A DNA stretch of 63,803 nucleotides, filler included, from Octopus bimaculoides (lineage: Eukaryota): NCBI RefSeq assembly GCF_001194135.2. It is 6 parts of 6 records of this genome, joined end to end, with 100 filler letters (N's around TTAATTAATTAA, not from the genome) between each part and the next. Parts side by side here need not be neighbours in the genome. Positions count along the whole stretch, not along the records: positions 1 to 25,587 come from NC_068994.1; 5 more parts are not named here. One strand, 5' to 3'. A program made the translations under genes and the position numbers. The notes under the pieces were generated by a model. It was not told the DNA's origin, did no database searches, and worked only from the letters and a program-made list of their open reading frames with translations. Shown piece after piece: positions 12,100 through 24,494 of the stretch. Position 1 is the stretch's first letter. Each line of letters starts with the position of its first letter.

Positions 12100-13225
12100 C
12101 TGGGAATAAACCAGCTGGAGATGACCTGGTAGGTTCGGCTAAGTCAAATAAATGGCCAAGGTGCCACAGCTGAGACTGTAACTGACCACAAGTCACAACC
12201 ATAAACTGGTTTAACAATCAGCTGATCACTACAGAAAATGTAACTGCTGAGATATTCAGAGTAACCGGTTCTAGCTATAACATAAATGTCCACTACAACA
12301 TAATTATAAGTGACCAGGTCGTCAGAACTAAAAGTAGCTACATACATAATTTTCTGATTTTATACCAACTTAATGAACAGGCTATATATAATATAACATG
12401 CAAATGATCAAGTTACAACTGAAAAGAACCCACAGCCATGCTGAGTCAATGACTAGGTCGATGCATATGGAAGATGAATTTATCATCATAGCTACAAAGG
12501 ACCATAGATGTGATTGCAATAATATCAAGTAAATGGACAGATCATTTACTGGACATTGACAGTGGCCAACCAGTTATATCAGATAAATAACTAAGGTGAC
12601 CTTAGCTGACCATAACTGAAAACGACCTGGTCATTACATATGAAATGCTGCTAAGCATTTTGCCGAGAATGCTAATGAACCATAGCTGAAAGTTACCATC
12701 TCAACAGATGGGGATTTCAACAGCTAAATAAATGAGCAGGCCATCACAGCTGAAAATGACCTGGTCATTATCGCTATGACAATTAATGACCAAACTAACA
12801 CAGCTTAAAAGGACTTTATCATGATAGCTAAGCTAAATAAATAAGGCTATCTCATTCGATAGATAGTTGTCGTCATCTTTGTTGTTAACACGTTTCGGCT
12901 GATATACCCTCTAGCCTTCTTCAGGTGTCTTGGGCAAATTTCGAACCTGGGTTCTCATTCCTAAGGTATTTTTCGATGTTATTATTGTTAGTGTTCAGGT
13001 CACTGCTTGAAATCGAACTCGGAATCTTGGGGTTAGTAGCCCGCACTCTTAACCACTACGCCATATGCCCGTTGAAGATTATCTGGTCATAGTTATGTCT
13101 AATGAATGACCAAACGAGCATAGCTCAAAAATGACCCAGTCGTGACAGCTAAGCCAAATAAACGAGAAACTATCTGGTCATTACAGCTAAAATAACAAAG
13201 ATGTAACTAGGCCACAACCACTATA
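12100..13225. repeat. old degenerate minisatellite, ~24-bp core aatgacc(t/a)ggtcattacagctgaa
   Basis: Recurring cagct(g/a)aaaatgacc..gtcat motifs; related sequence also at 11160-11242. Confidence 0.6.
12866..13071 (-). mobile_element. tRNA-derived SINE with Penelope-like 3' motif (ctgaagaaggct...agccgaaacg)
   Basis: A box tggcgtagtggtt and B box gagttcgatttc on the minus strand; CpG-rich, so probably young. Confidence 0.75.
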
Positions 13226-13354
13226 ACTTAGCATGAAAACAAGCAGGTTGATATTAAAAAAAAAATCAATTAATTAAATAAAAATCAAAAACTAAACAGA
13301 AACTAAGATATATATATATACATATATTTATATACATATATACAAAGTGCATAC

Positions 13355-13561
13355 TTCTTCCGTCCAGGGCCAGAGACAACAGCAGGCAACGATGACTTGG
13401 TATCTGAAGAATCTGTGCTGGCATCCGGTTCCTCTTTCACTTTGCTTGCCATCTTCAGAAAGTTCTTCTCAGCCAAGGGACAGCCAGACAGCTTGTGGTG
13501 GGCAGAGTATTTACCTGTCACATGACCAACCCCATCACATCCAGGAGTTGGGCACTTCCTC
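13355..13561 (-). CDS. l(3)mbt: l(3)mbt/L3MBTL-like exon, second C2HC zinc finger ([33 protein letters not shown]...SGPGRK)
   Basis: [26 protein letters not shown] motif. Acceptor gtgtttcag, donor gtatgc. 207 nt, phase 2-2. Confidence 0.95.
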
Positions 13562-14160
13562 CTGAAACACCAGCAGACCAAATTTATTTATGCTGCAGCT
13601 GGACGGTGACTTTTGATGGTTTTTTTTTATGTTGTTGTTGTACAATCTGTTCTCTAATAAGTCAGCCTCTCTCTCTCTCTCTCTCTTTCATTATCATACA
13701 TCTTATTTTTTATATCATTCCTTTTCATATAAGCACACACACAAACAGGTATACGCACATATACACACACACATACATACAAGGGATTACACACATATGC
13801 ATGCATGCACACACACACACACACACACAAACAGGTATACGCACATATGCATGCACACACAAACACACACACAAAAACAGGGATACACACATATGCATGC
13901 ACACACATACAAACAGGCATACACACACACACACAGAGGCACAGACATACAAACAGGCATACACACATGCACGCACACACACGCGCACACACACACACAC
14001 ATACACACACACGTGAAGTGGGGTTTCAATGTGATTGCTTTTACACCCTCTATGCAGCAGTCAAATTTCTCTGAACAAAAGGAACAGATGCCTTGATATC
14101 TTGAGAATCTAATAAAGACCAATTTTATAACACTTCAAACAACATATATCTACTATCTTC

Positions 14161-14930
14161 CATTTTTTTACTTGTTTGAGTTATTAGACTGTGGCCATGC
14201 TGAGGCACCACCTTGAAGAATTTTTAGTCAAATGAATTGACCCAGGTACTAATTTTTTTTTTAAAGCCTGGTACTCGTCCTATTGTTTTCCTTTGCTGAA
14301 CCACTAACTGATAGGGATGTAAACACACCAACAATGGTTGTCAAGCAATGATAGGTGGGGGGGGGGACAAACACACACAACATACAAGCACACACACACA
14401 ACATACAAGCACACACACACAACTACATAACCAGTACCTGAAAACTGAAACTCAAAACATATAACCCCATAACTCCCTAACTTCAATAATATCCTGGCCA
14501 TAACTATTGAACCTGAAATGTGTGTGTGTGTGTGTAAGAGTGTGCACACACACACACACATACACACACACACACACACATACACACACACACACACACA
14601 CACGTGAGTGTGTGTGCGTGCTTCTTTCCATTTCTGTCTACCAAATCCACTCACAAGGCTTTGATCAGCCCAGGGTTGAACAAGAAGACTTCTGGAGTGG
14701 ATTTGGTAGACAGAAAATGAACAAAGACCATTTGTGTGTGTTTATGTGTCATTATGTTTGTCCCCACTACCACCTGATAATCAATATTGGTTTGCTTACA
14801 TCCCCAAACTTAGTAGTTCAGCAAAAATGACTGACAGAGTAAGTACCAGGCTTTAAAAAATAAGTACTGGGGTTGATTTGTTCGACCAAACCCTTCAAAG
14901 TAGTACCCCAGTATGGCTGCAGTGACATCT
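14161..14930. mobile_element. head-to-head inverted pair of SINE family A copies
   Basis: Minus copy ~14161-14680 and plus copy 14695-14930; perfect inner stem 14631-14652 / 14695-14716. Confidence 0.8.
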
Positions 14931-15695
14931 ATTTTCGACTATGCATCTTTATTCAAGTTCTATCCAAAGACAAAGACAGACAGATAATGCTAGCAAGCAA
15001 GCAAGCACTGAAGAACAGGAGAAAAGACAGTTTGTAAACGAAGTGAGGGCAGCATAATAGATCTACAAAGTTAAGAACTGGAACATTCATTGAAGATTTT
15101 CTACTATTTACACTTGGCTACCTACCTATATTATTAGCACACGTTTAAATCCTTGTCAAAAGCATGTTAAATTCAACTGTAATCATAATCAAGATCAACT
15201 AATAATGGAGAGACAACAGTTCTAGGAAGAAGAGAAGAAGGTAGAAAGGGAACCGAGTTAATGAAGGAGTGACTGCTGTGCAGTTACTCAAATTGCTAGA
15301 AATAACAGTGAAATCTCCCTCAACTTACACCCTACTATCTTAAATAATGAAATCCATAAGATACAAGAATATTGGTATGGTTGGTCATAACTGAAACACC
15401 TATGAACACATCTGCTCTTTCAAGGCTGACCAGAAGGTAACAAGAGAAAAAAACAGAAGGAAAAAAAACACAAAAAACCAAGAGGAACAGACTGATATTG
15501 GTTCCAAATTTTGGCACAAGGCCAGTAATTTCAGGGGAGGGGTAAGTCAATTACACTGACTACAGTGCTCAACTGGTGCTTATTTTATTAACCCTAAAAG
15601 GATAAAAGGCAAAAGTTGACCTCAGCAGGATTTGAGTTCAGAACATAAAGACAGATGAAATACCGGTGTGCTAACAATTCTGCCAGCTTGTAGCT

Positions 15696-15930
15696 TTAAC
15701 CCTTCCATTATCGTATTTTGTTGTTTTTTTTAATTTTAGATGCTCTGTGTTTCGTTCAATTATTTTAAATATAACAAAGAATTTAGTAAAATAACTTAGT
15801 TATCATTAAGCTAGTGTTAGGAATTGTGACTAAGGATTGGTGGAAGATTTTAATTCAAAACTTATGAAAACAGGACATTTGTACTCAGAGCCAGAGACAG
15901 TTTCAGCCAGGTTGATAACAAAACGGTTAA
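15696..15930. mobile_element. piggyBac-like MITE family P2
   Basis: ttaacccttcc...aaaacggttaa; same body as 20832-21030, 21054-21199 and (inverted) 6477-6705. Confidence 0.65.
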
Positions 15931-17955
15931 GGAACAGACTAACATAAAGAACAGGTAAGAAACTTCAATAACTCTTCACAAACAATGGGAAATCAAGAGA
16001 AAGGAGTAAAGAGCACCATTCTAGCAGTTAGAAACCAGAGATGAGGAAGGTTCAACAGTTTATTACGGTACGAGACTGATGATGATGGTGATGAAGGTGG
16101 CGATGCTGGTAATTGCGATATTAATGAGTGTGGTATCATTAACAGGGATGAAAGCAATAATGGTCAAGATGGTGGCAATAAGATGATGGTATTTACTCAT
16201 CTCTAGTGGCTACCTGGCTGAAAAGAAAAAGTACTGACCACCACCACAACTATCATTGCCATCACCATCACCACTTCATAGCTGATTGGCTAGCCAGTTG
16301 GTTGGTTAGTTTATTGGTTTGATAGTGTGGTTGGGTGTTATTAGCTTAAGGTAGAGCAGACCATCCAGCTGTAAAAAAAAAAAAAAGTTTTCCAACATTC
16401 CATGCAAAAGGCTTGCATTTTCATACCCGTCCAACCCATACTGACAGAGAAGTAGATGTAGAATGAACAGCAACAGATTGGAGAGACAAAGAGACTGAAG
16501 CTGAGTATGAGAGTTGGGAGGAGGAGGAGGGAGTGCATGACGTGGGGAGGTTAAGGTACAGGGCAAGGTAGGAGTGGATGTATGAGACATGGGAGGCAGA
16601 TGCAAGACAGGGGGAAGATGCAGGAGAGGAGGAAGATGCACTAGAAGAGGAAGACAGACAAGTGGCTGATGACTGATATGAGAGAGCGTATGGAAGAGTC
16701 GTATAGACAGAGAGAAGATAGAAGAGACTGATATGAAGAGAAAGAAGTAAAAATAGAATGGGAGACTTGACTGAAGCCTTCCTGGTAGAAAGCATAATAT
16801 TAGTGGGGGCAAAAAAAAAAAATCACTGTAAAACATATCATACACATATAGACAAATATTCAGAACTAAACCTATCACACAAACATAAAAATATCAGCAC
16901 TTCCAGAAACACAGGAAAACATAACACATTCACACTTGTAAATCCAAATACACACACACACACACACACAGTGTTCAGCTACATGGAATACCCTATTAAC
17001 ATATGAGGTTCCCAGGCATTAATGACAACAGGTGATAATGAGTTACATAAATAATTATATAATAAAAAAATGATTAAAGAATAAAAAAAGATTAATTCAA
17101 AATAGGTGCAGGCATGACTGTGGTTAGGAAATTTGCTTTCCAACCACATGATTCCAGGTTCAGTCCCACTCCACGGCATCTTGGGCAAGTGTCTTCTACC
17201 TCGGCCAACCAAAGCTTTGAGTTGATTTGGTAGAATCTGGGAGATGGAAACTCAAAAAAGTCCATCATCTGTGTGTATATGTATGTATATCTAGACATGT
17301 GTGTGTGTGTGTGTGTGTGTCTGTGTGTGTCACCACTGATTGACAACTGGTGTTGGTTTGTTTACATTCCTGTAAATTAGCAGACACGGTATATGTTTAC
17401 ACTATATGCCACATCAGATTGAATGCCGAAAAATCTTGGAGTTATTGTGCATCCAACACCAGAGAAATTTTCATGCTTCCAATTCCAGTTGTCCTATTCC
17501 ACTTCCAAACTTTCATTCCACCACAGACCTACCATGTGAACAGATTATTTCTCTTTCTTTTCAATTCTTTTAGTATTCATTTATATTCTCTTTGTTAAAG
17601 ATTATCACTGGAAACATCACCACTGTTATATTAAGCTTCAGTGGACACTTCTTTGATTGTTGGGTTTTTTGCTGTATATTTCTTAGCTTTACAAGCACAT
17701 ATTTTCACTCGCCTGTATTCTCCATAGTATCTTGTTTACTTCTTTCTTATTTGCTTCGAATTTTACTAGTGTTATCTGAATTTTACTTGTATATATCTTT
17801 ATGCTGACACAGAATTATCTGCCACTATTTTGTGAATTTACCATAAAAGCTATACACACACACACACACACACACACAGATACATACCACACTCACAGAT
17901 ATATACCACACACACATACACACACAGATATATGTATGTGTGTGTGTGTGTGTAT

Positions 17956-17993
<38 letters not shown>

Positions 17994-18704
17994 ACAGCAC
18001 ACATACACATAGACATATAGTACAATAAATTAACAAGTAGACAAGAGTTGTTAATGGCATCAATGTATTTATAAAATAGTTATACACGAACAAGTATAAA
18101 AATATACATATTGTTGAAAAAAAAACAGGAAAATCAAGAAAGTGAGAACTCGTATATAATCCTACATGATGATGATGATGCACCAACACCGAGCTCTCCT
18201 CATTTATGAGTTTCTTACCAAAAACAACATGGTATCATTGAACACCCACCCTACATGGACTTATATACATATAGACCATTTAACATCCACTTTTCCGTGT
18301 TTCATATGGTTAGAAGCAATCTTAACTTCACAAACATGCCTATAACCATGCTGTGCATATATTTTGTGTGTGTTGTGTGTGTATATATATATACACATAT
18401 ATATATAACAAAAATACGTAAAGAGAAAATTACATCATTAATTATAGAATTCACCTTACAAAGCCGACAATTGTTTCTGTTGTATTAACATGTTTAGATA
18501 AAGAAAATATCATTGAAATTAATATTCCTGAAAATACATGTTAACACAAGGTTTTCGAGGTGATCTAAAATTAGTTACATTGAAAGTGAACTAAGGAAAT
18601 ATTTCCAGTACATGAACACCTACAAAAGGGACACTAGAAAGAAATATACTCTAAGAAATGTTTGTATTCTACTACTGGTGATGTGAGAAAGGAACAGACA
18701 GAGA

Positions 18705-18788
<84 letters not shown>

Positions 18789-19694
18789 GTCTGGCTTCTT
18801 TCAATTTCTGTCTATTGAATTTATACATAGGGCTTTGTTCGAACCAAGCCAATCATACGGTTGACGCTACTTGTCCAAGGTACCATTCAGTGGGACTGAA
18901 CCCAAAAAGCATGTGGTTGGAAAACAAACTTTTGAATCATACAGTCATGCCTGCACCACATGAGCATAATAATTCCATGACCTAGCTCTACTCCACTAAC
19001 CAATTACTAGTCTCACATACCCTTATTTTCCCAACTTACATTCATACCACTACCATCACCGAAACTTACTCTAAATCTGGCCATTACACATGATCAGATA
19101 TTTTTACCACCATAGACTGCATAGTTTTCAATCAAATCACCACATTCAATTAACCAGCTTCCACTCTGGTTGTCATCCACTACGCTGGGTATCATTCACA
19201 ACCTCACAGTAGGTTGCCCCAAGTCTAGATGCCTTCAATTGTCACATCAAATTGTTATCCCAAATTCACATCTCCACAACCTGAAATTCTCTTATTTCAT
19301 GATTGCTGGTGACTGTAAAGAATTCCAGCTCCTCTTCTAAAAGCTATTTCTCTCAAAAAATATAGTTCACTTATATTTCATAAACCACCTAAAACCCAAC
19401 ACATACACACATACACACACAAACATACAAGTCCACTAAACAAAACTGTATTCATAAAAGATGGTAAACAACCAAAACAAAGACTCACATATTTCACAAC
19501 AAACCACCATTGACTGACAGTGGTTACTCCTCTCTAATAAACCTACAAACAGTCCTCACTCACATTCATTATATCCATACACAATTACTATACACTAAAT
19601 TTACAAGAAAGGAAAAGAGATGACTGACAAAGGAACATAGGTGAGGGAAAGAACAAAGGCAAATGGAGAAAATAAAAACACAAGTTCAACTCAC

Positions 19695-19850
19695 GACATT
19701 TCCAAAGTCACCGTTGATGGTTCTATAGCTCTGGCTGGTCGCTGTCCAATAGGGGTGCTAGTTCCTTCTTCAACTCGAGTTGAACCTAACCGGTCCTGTA
19801 ACGTTGTCTCTTTGTTCATATTCAGATGGGAATAGGAACAACCAGATGCA
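19695..19850 (-). CDS. l(3)mbt: l(3)mbt/L3MBTL-like exon, end of first C2HC zinc finger plus linker ((S)ASGCSYSHLNMNKETTLQDRLGSTRVEEG...TLEMS)
   Basis: Acceptor tttttctctctcttcag, donor gtgagt. 156 nt open, phase 2-2. GCxYSxxNxxKExTLxDRL resembles the post-zinc-finger segment of L3MBTL3/4 as I recall it. Confidence 0.88.
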
Positions 19851-20831
19851 CTGAAGAGAGAGAAAAATAATCCATCTAAAAATCAAAGTCAATATATATA
19901 AGTTGTCATCATCATCATCATCATTTAAAATCCATTGTCCATACTGGCATGGGTTGGATGGTTTGACTAGGCTAGCACACTGGAAGGCTGCACCAGACTC
20001 CAGCCTGATTTGGCATGGTTTTCTACGGCTGGATGCCCTGCCTAACGCCAACCACTCCAAGAGTGTAATGGGTGTTTTTACATGACACCAGGGTGCGTTT
20101 ACATGCCACTAGCACAGGTGCCAATTTGCTTGACACCGGTATCATATCTATATATCATTAATTAAATATATTCTGTTAGAATATTATACACTGAATTTAT
20201 AATGAGTGCTCTTTGTATAAAATGTTTCATATATTTATATATATATTTTTTATACAAAACTATTTTAGACATATATATTGTCGTGAGGAATTTTTTTGAT
20301 ATTGAATTTCATGCTATTATTTCAAAATACAGTATATATCGGTGAACGCATCGTGACGCGTAATCACGAAGATGTGAGTTCGTGTCCACAGCTAACCACC
20401 TGCACTTTTTTCTGCAAAATAGGGGTAGTTTATCCTGTTCAGGCTATATTATTAGCATTATCCAGCATTTGAGAATTTAAAAATCACTTCTTTAACTTTC
20501 TAAGACATCTCAACGCTTCCAAAAGCAAACTTCGTTTGNNNNNNNNNNTGTCAACTTACGACCTATCCAACTTAGGACAGATCGACTTTACAATGATTGG
20601 TACGCCAGCTCTTGTCAGCAATAATAAATAGTTCAGTTGAAATCTAATGGGTTTAATTTCTTAGAAATTAACCCGTCTACAGATGACAGGTTTTTTTTTC
20701 CAGGCTATAAAAGAAGACACTTGCCCGTGGTGTTACACAGTGGGACTGAACTCAAGACCATACGGTTGGAAAGCAAGCTTCTTAACCACACAACTACATT
20801 TGTGCCTGTATTTTATCAAATCCACAATGAT

Positions 20832-21199
20832 TTAGCCCTTTCGATACCGTATTTATTTTGAGATATAACAAACAATTTAGTAAAATAACTTAGTTATCAT
20901 TCAGCTAGTTTTAGGTACATAAATTGTGACTAAGGTTTGGTGGAAGATTTTACTTCAAAACTTACAAAAACAAGCCATTTGTACTCAGAGCCAGAGCCGG
21001 TTTCAGCCAGGTTGGTATCAAAAGAGTTAACGATTGTTTCTCTATTATATATTTTAACCCTTTCGTTACTGTATTTATTTTGAGATGCTTTGTGTTTCTT
21101 TCAATTAATTTTAAATATAACAAAGAATTTAGTAAAATAACTTAGTTATCATTTGGCTAGTGTAAGGAACATAAATTGTGACTAAGGTTTGGTGGAAGA
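20832..21199. mobile_element. two adjacent P2 MITE copies, the second running into a gap
   Basis: Duplicated gaatttagtaaaataacttagttatcatt...actaaggtttggtggaaga body. Confidence 0.7.
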
Positions 21200-21568
21200 N
21201 NNNNNNNNNNNNNNNNNNNNNNNNNNNNNNNNNNNNNNNNNNNNNNNNNNNNNNNNNNNNNNNNNNNNNNNNNNNNNNNNNNNNNNNNNNNNNNNNNNNN
21301 NNNNNNNNNNNNNNNNNNNNNNNNNNNNNNNNNNNNNNNNNNNNNNNNNNNNNNNNNNNNNNNNNNNNNNNNNNNNNNNNNNNNNNNNNNNNNNNNNNNN
21401 NNNNNNNNNNNNNNNNNNNNNNNNNNNNNNNNNNNNNNNNNNNNNNNNNNNNNNNNNNNNNNNNNNNNNNNNNNNNNNNNNNNNNNNNNNNNNNNNNNNN
21501 NNNNNNNNNNNNNNNNNNNNNNNNNNNNNNNNNNNNNNNNNNNNNNNNNNNNNNNNNNNNNNNNNNNN

Positions 21569-21950
21569 GTGTGTGTGTGTGTGTGTGATGTGTGTGGAGA
21601 TGTGTGTGTGGAGATGTGTGTGTGGAGATGTGTGAATGTGAGTGTGAGAGTGTGTGAGAGAGTGTGTGTGAGAGTGTGTGTGTGTGTGTGTGTGTGAAGT
21701 GTGTGAATGTGTTTGTGTGTGGACACGTGTGTGTGTGAGTTTTCGTGTGTCAGTTTGTTTTTGTGTTTTTGTGTGTGTGCATGTGTTTGTGTCAGTATGT
21801 TTTTGTGTGTGTCAGTGTGTTTTTGCGTGTGTCAGTTTGTTTTTGTGTGTGTCAGTGTGTTTTTGTGTGTGTCAGTGTGTTTTTGCGTGTGTCAGTTTGT
21901 TTTTGTGTGCAAGTATATGTAAATGTGAAAATGTGTGTGCGCACGTACAT
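21569..21950. repeat. compound (GT)n microsatellite with ~22-bp gtgtgtcagt(t/g)tgtttttg units
   Basis: Directly visible periodicity. Confidence 0.85.
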
Positions 21951-21968
21951 GTGACCTAATGGTTAGGG

Positions 21969-22231
21969 CAGTGTTTCTCAACCCTTTTACCCTTGCGTAA
22001 CACTTAAAATAAATTACATGTGTCAAGGAAGCCCTGCACAAAATAAATTACATATCATATCTTTCACATATTTTAACTTTGTAGTTCACGTGATAAATAT
22101 CACATATATATTTATATATATATATTATGATCATGAAATTAGCATTAGCTTATCTCATTCTTTCTCACAGAACCCCTAGAACCCTTTTGCAGAACCCTAG
22201 GGTTCCAGGGAACCCCAGTTGAGAAACGCTG
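21969..22231. mobile_element. hAT (Charlie-like) MITE, 263 bp
   Basis: TIRs cagtgtttctcaac / gttgagaaacgctg. 8-bp TSD ggttaggg (21961-68) vs ggttgggg (22232-39). Subterminal agaacc motifs. Confidence 0.8.
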
Positions 22232-22462
22232 GGTTGGGGTGTTGCACACACAATCATAAGAAAGTTGTTTCAATTGTGTGTTGTGCTTCATTACACACTA
22301 ATACATATATACACATTCAAATACAGATGCACTTACACAAATACACACACACTCATACAAATATACACACAAATATATACTCATACATTCATACAAATAC
22401 ACACACACAAAGCAAGAGTTAAAGCAACATCAGTCAAAGTGAAACAAAAATGCAACATTTAC

Positions 22463-22688
22463 CAATAGGAGGCTGTAAAATATGTCCAGTTCTGTTACAC
22501 CAGCCAGGTGGATGTATGTCTGGACTATCATCGTCCAACCAGTAGTCATAGATGTCCAACCAGCCGTCAAAGTGAATCTTCACTCGATGCTTTGACATTG
22601 AGGCTATCGTAGCAACACGTATAAGAATAGGATTGCGCTTGTCGACCACTTCAATTTTCATACCTTCCTCAAAGCTTACAGGGGCACG
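22463..22688 (-). CDS. l(3)mbt: l(3)mbt/L3MBTL-like exon, core of third MBT repeat (RAPVSFEEGMKIEVVDKRNPILIRVATI...IHFDGW...YDYWLDDDSPDIHPPGWCNRTGHILQPPI)
   Basis: Clear MBT signature. Acceptor atcctgatacag, donor gtaaat. 226 nt, phase 0 in (joins the previous exon in frame) and phase 1 out. Confidence 0.97.
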
Positions 22689-22844
22689 CTGTATCAGGAT
22701 GAAAATTGAAAAATATCAAAAAGAGATTTTTTAAAAAACGGATACAAAAACAACACTGAATCAACTACCGTATTTGATGACATATAAGATGCACCATTTC
22801 CCAAAAGATGTTTCAAAAATAAAAAAATAATAAAATATTACCCA

Positions 22845-23235
22845 GCAGGAGTGGCTGTGTGGTAAGTAGTTTGCTTACCAACCACATGGTTCCGGGTTCA
22901 GTCCCACTGCATGGCACCTTGGGCAAGTGTATTCTACTATAGCCTCGGGCCAACCAAAGCCTTGTGAGTGGATTTGGTAGACGGAAACTGAAAGAAGCCC
23001 GTCGTATATATGTATACATATGTGTGTGTGTGTTTGTGTGCCTGTGTTTGTCCCCCCACCATCGCTTGACAACCGATGCTGGTGTGTTTACGTCCCCGTA
23101 ACTTAGCGGTTCGGCAAAAAGAGACCAATAGAATAAGTACTAGGCTTACAAAGAATAAGTTCTGGGGTCGATTTGCTCGACTAAAGGCGGTGCTCCAGCA
23201 TGGCCGCAGTCAAATGACTGAAATAAGTAAAAGAG
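22845..23235 (+). mobile_element. SINE family A, young full-length copy
   Basis: Complete head, internal microsatellite and tail; CpGs mostly retained. Confidence 0.9.
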
Positions 23236-23465
23236 CATCCTATATGTGAAGATGAGCCTCCCATAAGCTGATTTTGTCCCTAAAACTGACTGCTATAGGC
23301 TGATTTTAATCCAGATGGTCTTTTCTACCAAGCCTGACTTCTTGCTTTCTGTTCAGCTGTACTGCCAACTCACTTTTTAGATACAGTTATGTTTTCTGCT
23401 ATAGCTAAAGTGCTTTTACAACCTTTAAATAATGTACTGCCAGATTGCTTTAAATATTACATGCT

Positions 23466-23693
23466 TTAACCCTTTAGCATTCAAATTACTCAGCCAAATG
23501 TAATAGTTATTCATTCACAGTGGTTTGAAGTAATTATGTATTATCACATAGCTTTGAGATTTTGATGATACAGTAGCCTACTTTTAGAATGACATTGTAG
23601 GGTAGGTATGAGAGGCTGGATCTGGCCATTTTCAACATAAAACAGGGAGAATATTTGGGCTGAATATGACCGGTTTGAATGTTAAAGGGTTAA
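23466..23693. mobile_element. piggyBac-like MITE P1
   Basis: ttaaccctttagcattcaaa vs tttgaatgttaaagggttaa: 19/20 inverted match including the TTAA ends. Confidence 0.8.
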
Positions 23694-24494
23694 TACCCGC
23701 CCCCCCAAAAAAACGTCTTTTCCTGAATATGTGTTGCTGAAACTGAGGTACATCTAGTACATCTGTGCATCTTTTATGCCATCAAATACAATAATTATGC
23801 CAAATTTTCATACAACTAATCAAATATCGTGAATTAATAAATTCATTAGAACAATGGATAGAATGCTTTGCAGTATGTGTTCTAGCACTGAACACTCTGG
23901 GTTCAGATCCCACTGAGATCATATCTGCCTTCAATCCTTCTGGAGTCAATAAAATACCAGCAAGGCCACCATTCTTTCTGGGTCAGAAACTTGGTGGGAC
24001 TGCTGCACTAAGTGAATGAATCTGAGAGGAGAATATGTTAAATAAAATCATAATTAACTGATCCTCCTATATTTTCTTTTACCCAAAGCCAGGAACTTTT
24101 CAGCACATTCCTCATATATATGTGTGGGGGAATAGATGGATGGATGGATAGATAGATATGACTCTCCCATTGTTAGACAACATATGAGGGTTCAACAATT
24201 TCTTACCGAACAACCACACAGTTGATTTGTTTATAGTGATCAAATGTTTGTGTAGACAGAAGCTTACTCCCTCCATCAAATTGACATTATCTCTACAGGT
24301 GCACTGTGTGCCACATCTCAGATGACAAAATGATCACAAAGCAACATGAAATGAAGTGTTTTGCTCAAGAACACAACGCAACACCTGTTCTGGGAACTGA
24401 ACCCACAATCTCGCAATCATGAGTACAACACCCTAACCATTAAGCCATGCGCCTTCATATATATTATGTCTGTGCATGTCTTTGTTCCCCGCCA

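Noticed and set aside
12100-13225. CRISPR-like repeat/spacer appearance
   Set aside because: Eukaryotic intron with degenerate units, no constant repeat with unique spacers and no cas genes.
13629-14122. HT/CV/IY-rich ORFs here and throughout the window
   Set aside because: Translations of (CA)n, (TA)n and (TAA)n microsatellites.
16306-16878. 190-aa L/P/S/H-rich ORF
   Set aside because: Reverse complement of a purine-rich low-complexity tract plus a SINE fragment.
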